Shown: positions 9,237-18,662, counted from the stretch's first letter. The stretch: DNA of 64,000 bases from Patescibacteria group bacterium (GCA_040388415.1 JAZKBV010000003.1:47571-111570); one strand, 5' to 3'. Notes: generated by a model from the letters alone, not told the origin. Numbers and translations: made by a program.

Positions 9237-10118
9237 TTATTCGCCGCAAATAAGACAAACAACTGGCCCTTCAATTTTATGTCCTGCATACACTGCTTGC
9301 ATAGCGCCGACAACAGACAGTGCGCTGTTAGTTGAAATATCTAACCCGGTGTGTTTTTCGGTGAGCAGTTGAGCTGTCTCGATGTTTTCATTGGTTGCGA
9401 ACCAGCCATACCCGCCTGTCTTTTGAATGAGCGGGGTTAAGTCATTTTTTCTGTACGCTGTAATATCAGTGATTGCATCAGCGACCGAAGGCTCATCTGG
9501 CCCATCGTAGCTATTCAACCCATCAGAGAGCGGATGACATGAAGATGTTTGTATAATGTGTATCTGAGGAATCTTTGTGGCAGAATTATTTAAAAAATAT
9601 GTCGCCAATGCTTGAGCTGTCGTACCAGATGAGGTACCGATGAATATAGCACCGAGATTTTTGATCTGGCCAAGCTCTTCCGCGAGCGACTCATATCCTT
9701 TGAGAGCGAGGTTGTCGGTTGATTGGCGTAGACTGCGCATGCCATCATTCATCGCTTGAGTGAGTGCTTGGAGAGGGCGTTCTTTCTTGAGGATGCGGAT
9801 ATAGTCGTCGGCGTATGCGAGCAATTTTTGATATTTATGTTCAGCGACATGGTTTCCGACAAAAATATCTAATTCTAACAATGAATCTTTTTTCTCTTTG
9901 TTGAGTTTTTGGATATGGATAGCTGCAGCGAGCGCAGCATTTCCTGATGAAGAGATGGCAAAGCGGCTTTCTCCCTGATTGCGATACACTTCGATCATGA
10001 CTGGTATAGATCTGCCTTTATGTGAGCCATAGGGGCTCAAGTCTTCACGCTTGAAGTAAAGGTTGGTGACGCCAATGGCCGCTGCAAGGTCGCTATATTG
10101 TTCGAGGGGAGTCTGCAT
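9237..10118 (-). CDS. PLP-dependent fold-type II enzyme (threonine synthase/cysteine synthase-like)
   Basis: 'LYFKREDLSPYGSHKGR' (PLP Lys), 'SSSGNAA', phosphate loop 'GTSSGTT'. Confidence 0.85.
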   Translation of the reverse strand: MQTPLEQYSDLAAAIGVTNLYFKREDLSPYGSHKGRSIPVMIEVYRNQGESRFAISSSGNAALAAAIHIQKLNKEKKDSLLELDIFVGNHVAEHKYQKLLAYADDYIRILKKERPLQALTQAMNDGMRSLRQSTDNLALKGYESLAEELGQIKNLGAIFIGTSSGTTAQALATYFLNNSATKIPQIHIIQTSSCHPLSDGLNSYDGPDEPSVADAITDITAYRKNDLTPLIQKTGGYGWFATNENIETAQLLTEKHTGLDISTNSALSVVGAMQAVYAGHKIEGPVVCLICGE

Positions 10119-10220
10119 GAAAGTATTGTCATACTATCGCATTTCAAGTACTATGGAAAGACAGCCTCGAATACATGAAGCTGCGATTTATTATCTATGA
10201 TTCATCAAAACCTTAAAACC

Positions 10221-10394
10221 ATGAATGCTAAACTTGTATGTCCAGAATGTAAAAATGACGTCGACCTATCGCGCTACCCAAACCTCGTCGTCGGTATGGT
10301 TGTCGAGTGTAACCACTGCGGTATGACGCTTGCTATCAAAGAGATCGCCGACAATGGCGAGGTCAAGGCAGATATCGTAGATGAGGGTAAATAA
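10221..10394 (+). CDS. LysW-like zinc-ribbon carrier protein
   Basis: 57 aa; 'CPEC' and 'VECNHCG' with an acidic C-terminus 'DIVDEGK'. Confidence 0.7.
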   Translation: MNAKLVCPECKNDVDLSRYPNLVVGMVVECNHCGMTLAIKEIADNGEVKADIVDEGK

Positions 10395-10408
10395 GCTCGA
10401 TTAAAGAC

Positions 10409-11812
10409 TTAGCGGAGCTTATTGACTGTTTCCTCGATCATTCCTCTGAAGCCGTGTGACCCAAGAAAGACGATGCAGTCGTCTTTTTTTGTTTCTGCGA
10501 TGAGGAAGTTAACCAAAGCGGCGTCGTCTTCAAAGTACTTTACATTTTTGTGCGTTTGTTCGATCGTTTGAACCAGATCCGTGCCTTCCATAGGTTTAGC
10601 TGAATCGTCCTCGGGCACTTTGAGTTTTGTGAGACGGGGAATGACAACGACGTCAGCATCTTTAAAAGCATTGTCATATTTGTGGGCAGTTTCGTACTGA
10701 CGTCCACCGATGTTCGGTTCATATACTGCGATAATGTTGCTCTTGTACACTTCTCGGACGCTTTCGAGGACCGAGGTCGCTTTTTCGGCAGTCGGCGCAT
10801 GGCAGTCGAGGAGAGTAACGTCTCCTTCAAATCTTTTTTCAAAGCGGCGTTTGATGCCTTTGAAGTCTTTGATGGCATCGATGATCTTGTCTGTAGGTAT
10901 GCCGACTTCGTGCGCCATGGCAAAAGCAGCAGTTATATTTTCCACATTGAAACGTCCAAGCATTGGTGAATGAATTTCATAGCAGGCATCTTTTGATGTG
11001 ATCTGAAAATGAAGGCCATTTTTCGTGTAGGCGATAGAGTGATATGAATAGTCTGCAGATTCGTTTTTGCCGTAGGTGACGGCTTTTTTTCCCGTAGCCT
11101 CAAGAGTTTTTTTGACGCCATTTTCATCGATACATGCAACGATGAGACCGTCATCTGGAATGCCGGCAACTAATCTTTCAAATGTATCGAAGTAGTCCTT
11201 TTCCGTAGGATAAAGATCAGCATGGTCCCATGAGACAGAAGTGAGAAGGAGATAGGTAGGAGCATAGTACACGAACTTTGGACGGCGGTCTGAGATAGAG
11301 ACTTGGTACTCATCACCCTCGACGACGCTCCAATCAGAATCAGAAAGCGCGCCCGTAGGATGTGAAAGCGAAAGTCCACCGGTAAAATAACTTGGTGTGC
11401 GACCGCTACTGATCATGATAAATGAAAGAAGGGCGGATGCTGTCGTCTTGCCCCATGTGCCAGCAACCACGATTGAATTCTTTTTTATAAAGTATTTCTG
11501 AAGGACTTCGGCATATGAGAATGCAGGGATATTATGTTCTTGTGCGTATAGCGTTTCAGGATTAGAAGGGCTTGTACCGGTGCCACCGATCATGACGAAG
11601 TCAGGCGGTACGTTTCCGTTTGGACAGATGTTCTCAGGGTGCCAGCCAGCATAGTATTCGACGCCCGCATCTTTGAGGTATGTTGAAACAGGAGGAAAGA
11701 AACCCTTATCTGATCCAGTTACTTTGACGCCGGCTTTATGAAAAGCGATAGCGAGCGCGCTGGTTGCTACGCCGCAGATACCGATGACGTGGACGTGTTT
11801 AGGAAGATTCAT
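10409..11812 (-). CDS. mpl: Mpl/MurC-family UDP-MurNAc peptide ligase
   Basis: 'HVIGICG..TSALA', 'GSDKGFFPPVS', 'VAGTWGKTT', 'VEGDEY', 'DHADLY', 'FKGIKRRFE'. Confidence 0.8.
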   Translation of the reverse strand: MNLPKHVHVIGICGVATSALAIAFHKAGVKVTGSDKGFFPPVSTYLKDAGVEYYAGWHPENICPNGNVPPDFVMIGGTGTSPSNPETLYAQEHNIPAFSYAEVLQKYFIKKNSIVVAGTWGKTTASALLSFIMISSGRTPSYFTGGLSLSHPTGALSDSDWSVVEGDEYQVSISDRRPKFVYYAPTYLLLTSVSWDHADLYPTEKDYFDTFERLVAGIPDDGLIVACIDENGVKKTLEATGKKAVTYGKNESADYSYHSIAYTKNGLHFQITSKDACYEIHSPMLGRFNVENITAAFAMAHEVGIPTDKIIDAIKDFKGIKRRFEKRFEGDVTLLDCHAPTAEKATSVLESVREVYKSNIIAVYEPNIGGRQYETAHKYDNAFKDADVVVIPRLTKLKVPEDDSAKPMEGTDLVQTIEQTHKNVKYFEDDAALVNFLIAETKKDDCIVFLGSHGFRGMIEETVNKLR

Positions 11813-11835
11813 AGAGCTATATTAGCAGATACTGC

Positions 11836-12513
11836 TTATTTCTTCACGAGTATTTTCTTCACTTCTTCAAGATCATCTGACCACTTTGTGCCATCGAACC
11901 ACTCAAGTCCAGCAAATTGGAGCTTGTAGGTATCTGTTGGGCGCTGGAGGGAACCGAGATAGACATATTTTTTAACTGTACCTTTCGCGTGGCTGATAGC
12001 CATGGTCATCATTCCCATGCCCATATCTTTTGGCGACATGTCGATATGATAAAACGGATATGAGTAATGTAGAATGTTTTTATTTTCATAACATATAGCG
12101 TAGCCAAGATTCTCCGCATCTTTTGAATATATGAAAAGGTTTGTGAAGTTGCTCTTGTTGGCATCCGTCAGCATCTCTTTTATCTTTTGCGCGCTCATGA
12201 TGCCTGGTCCGAACTTTTTCTCATAGAAATATTTCGCATCCATAGCCAACTTGTAATTGTAGTCTTTCAAAGGCACTTCAGTCGATTTGAGACTGAGTTC
12301 TTTATCAGTTGCGCCGACCTTCTTCAAAATCCTTTTATTTTCACTCGATAGCTCGAATTTACTCAAATCGATGCGCACGCTTCTTGTCTGGTGCATAACT
12401 CCTTTGCCGATGCGTGTAAAGACATAGCCCTGATCGTACATATCAGAGATATTCTTATCTGAAAAGTCAGTGATTATTTTTTCATTCCAGTGAAGGTATT
12501 CCATATAAACCAA
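11836..12513 (-). CDS. Aminoacyl-tRNA transferase-like protein (ATE/Bpt-type GNAT fold)
   Basis: 'SVRIDLSKFELSSENKRILKK', 'YPFY', 'KYVYLG...YKLQF' parallel bacterial arginyl/leucyl-tRNA-protein transferase motifs. Confidence 0.7.
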   Translation of the reverse strand: MVYMEYLHWNEKIITDFSDKNISDMYDQGYVFTRIGKGVMHQTRSVRIDLSKFELSSENKRILKKVGATDKELSLKSTEVPLKDYNYKLAMDAKYFYEKKFGPGIMSAQKIKEMLTDANKSNFTNLFIYSKDAENLGYAICYENKNILHYSYPFYHIDMSPKDMGMGMMTMAISHAKGTVKKYVYLGSLQRPTDTYKLQFAGLEWFDGTKWSDDLEEVKKILVKK

Positions 12514-12516
12514 GGG

Positions 12517-13644
12517 TTAGTGCAACGCCAGCCAGAATCCGAATACGACGAAGATAAAATGAATGACCCAGAAACGCATGACAGTTTTTTCTTCACTCCA
12601 ACCTTTGATCTCAAAATGATGATGAAGAGGAGCCATAGCAAAGACTTTTCTGCCAAAGAGGTATCGTGAGCCGACTTGTATGAGGACTGAAAAAGCTTCG
12701 ATATAGAACATGAAGCCGAGGAAAAAGAGAGAGCTGAGCTCACCGATAGCGAGCGTGTTCACTGCGAGGAGGGCACCCAAGCCGAGCGATCCCACGTCGC
12801 CCATCATGAATCGAGCTGGTTTGATATTGAAATACGTATAGGTCGCCAGTGCACCCACGGTTGTCGCATTCAGAATAGCGATCTCTCCAAAACCGTTGAT
12901 CCATGAGAGGAGGGCGAGGGCGCTAAATGTGGTGACGAGCATGCCGCCAGCGAGGCCGTCCATGCCATCAGCGATGTTGACTGCATTCGCTGTGAACATA
13001 ACTACAAGGATGACGATCGGCACGATGAACCAACCTGCATCGATCGCGAAGTTGAAAGGAAAATAGATGAAATGCCACGCAGGCCCGAGTCTCCAATAGA
13101 CCCACCAGGCGGTCACACTTCCAGCGATGAATTGGAGGATGAGCTTTTCATGGACAAGGACACCGCGACGTGTACGCGAACCGAACCAGACTGAGAGGCG
13201 CTTGAACATAGTCCAAGGGAGCGTGATGATGTACCAGAGACGCATCGACCACTGCTTGTGGATGCGTATGAGTATGAGGATATGTTTGAGCTTGCGTGAA
13301 TGGCGTTCTGCGCCATATATGCTCATGAGATCGTCGACTCCTCCCAAAAGAGCAGAGATGAGCATAACTGCAATCGGTACCCACGTAAAACTGCGAGACC
13401 AATTGAAAAGGAATGTGATGATAGCCACTGTCAGGATGACGAGTAGTCCTCCCATGACTGGTGTTTTTGATTTATATGCATGTGAGCCGAGCCCTTGAAG
13501 CTCAGTTTTGGCTCCTTTGACGACATTGTAGCGATAGAGCAGTCGAGTGAGGAATGGTGCCCAGAGAAAAGAAACGATGGTGCCTGCCAGCATAAAACCC
13601 ATAATATAAGCCAAATCAGCGGTTCCTTGGAGAATGCTTAACAT
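12517..13644 (-). CDS. mraY: Phospho-N-acetylmuramoyl-pentapeptide transferase
   Basis: 'KTPVMGG', 'GGVDD', 'NAVNIADGMDGLA', 'PARFMMGDVGS', 'MAPLHHHFE'. Confidence 0.93.
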   Translation of the reverse strand: MLSILQGTADLAYIMGFMLAGTIVSFLWAPFLTRLLYRYNVVKGAKTELQGLGSHAYKSKTPVMGGLLVILTVAIITFLFNWSRSFTWVPIAVMLISALLGGVDDLMSIYGAERHSRKLKHILILIRIHKQWSMRLWYIITLPWTMFKRLSVWFGSRTRRGVLVHEKLILQFIAGSVTAWWVYWRLGPAWHFIYFPFNFAIDAGWFIVPIVILVVMFTANAVNIADGMDGLAGGMLVTTFSALALLSWINGFGEIAILNATTVGALATYTYFNIKPARFMMGDVGSLGLGALLAVNTLAIGELSSLFFLGFMFYIEAFSVLIQVGSRYLFGRKVFAMAPLHHHFEIKGWSEEKTVMRFWVIHFIFVVFGFWLALH

Positions 13645-13684
13645 ACGTTACAGCGTAGCATGTTTTACTGTTATTTTGAACCTT

Positions 13685-14464
13685 TTAGGAGAAGATGTGC
13701 AGGCGTCGAAGCGAGGTGAGTGATTTTTGTGCACGGGCATATATACGGTTCATTGGGCCCGTAGTGCCACCTTCGGTCCAAACTTGTTCAGTGATCGGTT
13801 TTTCTGGATTAAGTATCTCGACGACGCCTTGCTTGATGCCGCTTCCGTATATGCCATCTTCAGGATACGCGACTGCATGCGCATAGTGTATTTTTGCTGG
13901 AGTGAAGTTTTGATATTCAATCTGATATATGACAAGCACATGATCGCGATCTGTGCCATCAGGTCCGCCGATCATAGTAATGATATCTCCAGGTTGAGCT
14001 TCTTTGATCTCGATTGTTCTACTGTTTTTCTCATGAGCAAATGTTGCGACGTCACAATTCTCGATAGGGCGGAGAGCGCAGCGTACTTTACCGATCAATC
14101 CGGTGCAGTTAATGAAATGTATATGTTTGTCGAGCGATCCTTTTTTTAATTCTTGGGATTCAGTATTCAATACATAGTAAGCAAATGCTGAACAGTCGAT
14201 ACCTATGTTGTTATCAGTGAGTGTTTTTTTGAGGAGCTCATTTGTGACTGCCGACTGATCAGCATGATCTTTGAGCATGATGCTCTTTATCTCCTCGAAT
14301 ATTTCTTGCGGGCTACCTTTGCCTATAGTGCTTCGGAGGGCGGCGCGTGCTCGCGTCGTCTTGTTGTTGAAATAAGGTATAGAGCAAACCGCTCCGCCAA
14401 TAGTAAAATGGAGATATTGGTCGATGACAGATAAGGCTCGGTTTGAGAGTGTCTTGGTATTCAT
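13685..14464 (-). CDS. NlpC/P60-like cysteine peptidase/amidase
   Basis: 'GIDCSAFAYYV' (catalytic Cys), 'QPGDII', 'DHV', downstream 'HA'. Confidence 0.65.
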   Translation of the reverse strand: MNTKTLSNRALSVIDQYLHFTIGGAVCSIPYFNNKTTRARAALRSTIGKGSPQEIFEEIKSIMLKDHADQSAVTNELLKKTLTDNNIGIDCSAFAYYVLNTESQELKKGSLDKHIHFINCTGLIGKVRCALRPIENCDVATFAHEKNSRTIEIKEAQPGDIITMIGGPDGTDRDHVLVIYQIEYQNFTPAKIHYAHAVAYPEDGIYGSGIKQGVVEILNPEKPITEQVWTEGGTTGPMNRIYARAQKSLTSLRRLHIFS

Positions 14465-14479
14465 ATGTGGATTATATCA

Positions 14480-15730
14480 CTACTGACTGCTCATCACGTC
14501 GACGATCTCTTTTCCTCGCTTGTTGAATCTACCATGAGTCTCCATGATGCCAAGCATGCTCTGGATACGGAGAAGATCAGTATTCTCATCAATATTAGGG
14601 TAAAGAATAGTCTGATGTCCAAGCTTGGCAAGAGCTTGTAACTGTTTATCAGAAATACTTTGTGTGATGCGGGTCACGCGCTGGATGATCTGTGAGCCGT
14701 CGTTTATCGGAATGATGCGCTCTTCTCCTTTCTCCTTTCTCCTTTCTTCTAATGCGCCAAGGTGCGCCTCAAATATAGTCTGACCATCGACGCCGAGCTC
14801 ACGATTCTTCTGTTGCAACTGCGACTCATATGTCGTTGATGCTGGCTGGCGCGCATTGATCTCGATCAAGAATATCTTGTTCAATTCATCGTCGCGCATA
14901 ACATCGATGCCGAAGAGGCCTCTCCAACCGTCAGTCTGTAGTTTGCCTGCTACATCGGTAGCCATGGCTTCTATGACGCCGATCTCATCTTCATTCAATA
15001 GGGAATGGGTGAGCGACCAGTCGTTACCTATTGTGGTGAACAGATTTTCGGTGAATGGGGGAATACCAGTGATCTGGTAGCTGATATTGCCGAGAAATAT
15101 ATTTTTTTCACTGACTACGACATTGAGTGTGAACGAAGGGCCGTGCACATATGAACTGACGCGCGCAAGTCTTTCAGGAAATTTTTCTTGCACAGCTTTG
15201 AGTTCATCGGCTGAATTGACCAATGTGGTACCGAGACCCGTATGGCTATGGGCCCATTGAATGATTAACGGCTTCTTATTCCACATGATATCTTTGGCTA
15301 TGGTAAGCGAATGAGCAGGGAGGTATTTTTCACCGAGTGCGCCAAGATATTCTACTTGGGTCATTTTATTTTCGATCTTTTCTGCGAGCATGCTTGAGGG
15401 GTTCAACAAGTTCCAGTTATTTTTTTTGCAGATTTCTTCTATCTGAGGTGTATTTTTGAATACAAGAATCGAGATATTATTTACAGCGATATTTTTAATG
15501 AATGAATGGACAGCCTCATGGTTGAGCAACTCGCGCGTATCCAAAAGCTCGCCATCTTTTTGCGTTGTTTCTATCAAATGAATAAAGTCAGGATAGATTT
15601 TTTTGACTGATTCCGCATACGCAGTCTTATTCGCCATGATTTGATAGCCTGCATGTGGCTGTGCGCCTAAAGCGCGTTCAATATCGCGTGTGACGTAGAG
15701 TGCAACAGGGGTTTCGGATGATTTTGCCAT
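14480..15730 (-). CDS. ATP-grasp domain protein
   Basis: 'IENK', 'HTGLGT', 'GLFGIDV', 'FLIEINAR'. Confidence 0.8.
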   Translation of the reverse strand: MAKSSETPVALYVTRDIERALGAQPHAGYQIMANKTAYAESVKKIYPDFIHLIETTQKDGELLDTRELLNHEAVHSFIKNIAVNNISILVFKNTPQIEEICKKNNWNLLNPSSMLAEKIENKMTQVEYLGALGEKYLPAHSLTIAKDIMWNKKPLIIQWAHSHTGLGTTLVNSADELKAVQEKFPERLARVSSYVHGPSFTLNVVVSEKNIFLGNISYQITGIPPFTENLFTTIGNDWSLTHSLLNEDEIGVIEAMATDVAGKLQTDGWRGLFGIDVMRDDELNKIFLIEINARQPASTTYESQLQQKNRELGVDGQTIFEAHLGALEERRKEKGEERIIPINDGSQIIQRVTRITQSISDKQLQALAKLGHQTILYPNIDENTDLLRIQSMLGIMETHGRFNKRGKEIVDVMSSQ

Positions 15731-15758
15731 AGAGCCAGTTTACTGTTAAAGTGCATTC

Positions 15759-16457
15759 ATGTCCATATTTTCTATTATCGGAACCCCTATCGGCAACCTC
15801 GACGACATTACGCTTCGTGCATTGAAGACTCTTGCGAGCTCAAATCTCGTTTTGTGTGAAGATACGCGTATGACAAAGCGATTATTCGACAGGCATGCTA
15901 TTTCAGTACCGATGAAGTCGTACCACATGCATAGCAAGATATCTCGTGTCGACGAGATTATCTCTCTTCTCAAAGAAGGTAAGAACATTTCTCTCGTTTC
16001 AGATGCAGGCACTCCTGGCATCTCTGATCCTGGCGCAGAGCTTGTCACAAGGATTAGAAAAGAGTGCGCGGTTGAAATTGTGAATGGCGAACTGAAGATA
16101 GAAGCGATCCCTGGCCCATCAGCACTGACGTCAGCTCTTTCTATTGCGGGCGTACCATGTGCAGATTTCACCTTCCTCGGTTTTTTGCCTCATAAAAAGG
16201 GGAGAGAAACTCTTTTTAAAGAAATCGCTGTATCAGAACGCACGATGGTCTTCTATGAATCGCCACATCGTATTTTGAAAACACTTGATTCTCTGGTTGA
16301 ACATCTCGGTATCACGAAAAAAGTCACTGTGTGCCGCGAGCTTACAAAAATATTTGAAGAAGTGGTCGCAGGTACAGCACAGGAAGTAAAAGCATATTTT
16401 GAAGTACATGCAGATAAAGTGCGCGGCGAGTTCGTGGTCATTGTGAGCGGGGAATAA
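15759..16457 (+). CDS. rsmI: 16S rRNA (cytidine1402-2'-O)-methyltransferase
   Basis: 'TPIGNLDDITLRAL', 'CEDTR', 'SDAGTPGISDPG', 'FYESPHR', 'RELTK', 'RGEFV'. Confidence 0.96.
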   Translation: MSIFSIIGTPIGNLDDITLRALKTLASSNLVLCEDTRMTKRLFDRHAISVPMKSYHMHSKISRVDEIISLLKEGKNISLVSDAGTPGISDPGAELVTRIRKECAVEIVNGELKIEAIPGPSALTSALSIAGVPCADFTFLGFLPHKKGRETLFKEIAVSERTMVFYESPHRILKTLDSLVEHLGITKKVTVCRELTKIFEEVVAGTAQEVKAYFEVHADKVRGEFVVIVSGE

Positions 16458-16484
16458 AAACCGCAGGTGTTGATGCTGCGGTGT
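16455..16484 (-). terminator. Intrinsic terminator of the orphan gene (possibly bidirectional)
   Basis: ACCGCAG/CTGCGGT stem followed by TTTTTA on the minus strand. Confidence 0.65.
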
Positions 16485-16485
16485 G

Positions 16486-16932
16486 TTACTTGGGCCGTTC
16501 TCGTGCCAATGAAATAAATTCATTGACATCGTGTATATCTTCATCACGAGTTGAAAGGATGGCTAGTCCATCGCTGAACTGTATGATGAGCGTCTGGTCG
16601 CATTCTTTTTCTGAAAGAACTTTGTGTGTATCAATCAACTTGAATGGTTGCCAGTGATCCGAAAATTGAATTACTGGATCACTTGTTAGAATTAGGTGGT
16701 GATCTAAGTTGATTTCCGCTCGGATTTCTTCGCCGGGGCAATATTCAGCCATTGGCTGCACACGAAGTTTGCACTCCAGTCCAGAATCTATAGTGATACT
16801 GGATAGGAATCCGATAAACCATTTTTCTTTTTTGTAAATCCGCACAACTGCCCTTTGGTCGTCCGAACGACTTTCAGGCAAGTACGGATGTATCATTTCC
16901 TCGGTGAGAGGAATAGTGTCGCTAATTTTCAT
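16486..16932 (-). CDS. Hypothetical protein (orphan cassette)
   Basis: 148-aa ORF filling the gap between rsmI and the next gene; has its own terminator. Confidence 0.65.
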   Translation of the reverse strand: MKISDTIPLTEEMIHPYLPESRSDDQRAVVRIYKKEKWFIGFLSSITIDSGLECKLRVQPMAEYCPGEEIRAEINLDHHLILTSDPVIQFSDHWQPFKLIDTHKVLSEKECDQTLIIQFSDGLAILSTRDEDIHDVNEFISLARERPK

Positions 16933-17004
16933 ATCCGTATTTTGTTGTGTTTTAACGTTTCCTTCTGGTGCTATCGTATCATTTTAAGGTATAATCGTAA
17001 AACT

Positions 17005-17289
17005 ATGTCAAAACGCCAATTAATTATTCTATTTGCTGCTCTTATTATTTTATTCACTCTCGTTCTAGGTCTACGGTCAGTGTGGACGTCGACGCTCAAC
17101 ATCATATTGGCTCTTCTTATCATCGCGGTTGCGTATACAACCACTCGACCATCTCAAAATTCGGCCAAGAAATCAATGAATGCGCCGTACGTCGACGCTC
17201 ATGGTGGCACATCATCCGCGCCAGCATTCCGCGCTCCTGCTCCGTCTGAACCTGAACCAGAAGCAAAAGAACCAACTCCACAAATATAA
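17005..17289 (+). CDS. Small two-TM membrane protein with Pro-rich tail
   Basis: MSKRQL start after TATAAT; two hydrophobic helices; stop overlaps the next ATG. Confidence 0.7.
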   Translation: MSKRQLIILFAALIILFTLVLGLRSVWTSTLNIILALLIIAVAYTTTRPSQNSAKKSMNAPYVDAHGGTSSAPAFRAPAPSEPEPEAKEPTPQI

Positions 17290-18524
17290 TGAAGATTCGC
17301 GAGTATAGCGCAAAAGCCCAGATCGCAACGGTCATTGTAGTGGCTTTTGTTCTTGTCCTTGCAGGTGTCTCGTGTGCGTGGTTCTTGCCACTCGGTAAAG
17401 TTTCATATTCAGATCAATCAGCTTATGCCGCTACGAGCACACCTGCTGTTGTCGCAGTTGAAATTGCCTCTACAACTCCTGTATTTGTGGTCACCCATAT
17501 CACTACACCTCAACCAGTCAAAGCGGCATACTATACCAGTTGGGCTGCGGGCACACCTTCATTTAAAAAACAAATGTTCGCGCTCATCGATGATTCTGAG
17601 CTTAATAGTCTCGTCATCGACGTAAAAGATTATAGTGGACGAATCAGTTTTCCCATGGATGACCCAAAGATACGTAAGATAGGATCGGTGCAGGAGCGCA
17701 TCCCTGAGATCAAAGAGATGATAGGGCAGCTTCATGACAAGGGTATATATGTCATCGGCCGGGTGGCAGTCTTCCAGGATCCATTTATTGTGAAGGTCCA
17801 CCCTGAATGGGCGGTGCTCGACAAACGAACAGGTAAACAATGGAAAGATTCGGGCGGTGCATATTGGGCTGATCCAGACAAAAAAGAGATGTGGGATTAT
17901 GTCACTACGATCGCCAAAGAGGCATATGCGGTCGGCTTTGATGAAATCAATTTTGACTACGTACGTTTTCCTTCTGATGGTGCTCTTGGCAATGCTCTAT
18001 TTGATAAGCCAGCAAGTACGACGAAGGCAGTTGCACTCAAAGAGTTTTTCTCATATCTACATGATGAATTATCACCACTTGGTATCACGATTTCAGCGGA
18101 TATTTTTGGTCAGGTGACAAGCGATAAAGGAGACATGGGCATAGGTCAGCATTTTGAGAATGTATTGCCATATTTTGATTACGTCAGTCCTATGGTATAT
18201 CCGTCCCATTACATCTCAGGATTTTTGAATTATACAAAGCCCGCAGAGCATCCTTACGAGATCGTTAAATATGAATTGGATACAGCGGTAGCGCGAGCAA
18301 TCGCTGCTTCATCAAGCCCAGAGAAGATCCGTCCATGGCTTCAGGCATTCGATCTCGGCGCTATCTATACACCTGCAATGGTTCATACCCAGATGCAAGC
18401 CACAGCTGACGCGGGCGCGAATGGGTGGCTGCTTTGGAATGCAGGATCAGTGTACAAGAGGGAATTTGTCATGCCATATATGCACGCAACGACTACAGCA
18501 AAAGCTCCTGTGAAAGTCATATAG
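17289..18524 (+). CDS. Putative glycoside hydrolase, DUF4015 family, membrane-anchored
   Basis: 'NSLVIDVKDYSG', 'GRVAVFQD', 'GFDEINFDYVRFPSDG', 'SPMVYPSHY', 'RPWLQAF'. Confidence 0.85.
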   Translation: MKIREYSAKAQIATVIVVAFVLVLAGVSCAWFLPLGKVSYSDQSAYAATSTPAVVAVEIASTTPVFVVTHITTPQPVKAAYYTSWAAGTPSFKKQMFALIDDSELNSLVIDVKDYSGRISFPMDDPKIRKIGSVQERIPEIKEMIGQLHDKGIYVIGRVAVFQDPFIVKVHPEWAVLDKRTGKQWKDSGGAYWADPDKKEMWDYVTTIAKEAYAVGFDEINFDYVRFPSDGALGNALFDKPASTTKAVALKEFFSYLHDELSPLGITISADIFGQVTSDKGDMGIGQHFENVLPYFDYVSPMVYPSHYISGFLNYTKPAEHPYEIVKYELDTAVARAIAASSSPEKIRPWLQAFDLGAIYTPAMVHTQMQATADAGANGWLLWNAGSVYKREFVMPYMHATTTAKAPVKVI

Positions 18525-18530
18525 TCGCTC

Positions 18531-18558
18531 TTGCGCTTTTTCGTAGGAGTGGTACTAT
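18531..18558 (+). promoter_or_regulatory. Putative sigma70 promoter
   Basis: TTGCGC-16 nt-TACTAT with TG extension. Confidence 0.5.
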
Positions 18559-18662
18559 TTATATCCGGAGCACACTGGCCTGGAACTATCGAAACCAGAC
18601 CTGCACGCATAGTGTAAGGTGTGCTGCTCATTCAAAGTTAGTCAAACAAAGAAAGACATGTT

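Noticed and set aside
9237-10394. Ordinary threonine or lysine biosynthesis operon
   Set aside because: No other pathway genes are present, the LysW EDWGE terminus is absent, and the context is cell-wall genes.
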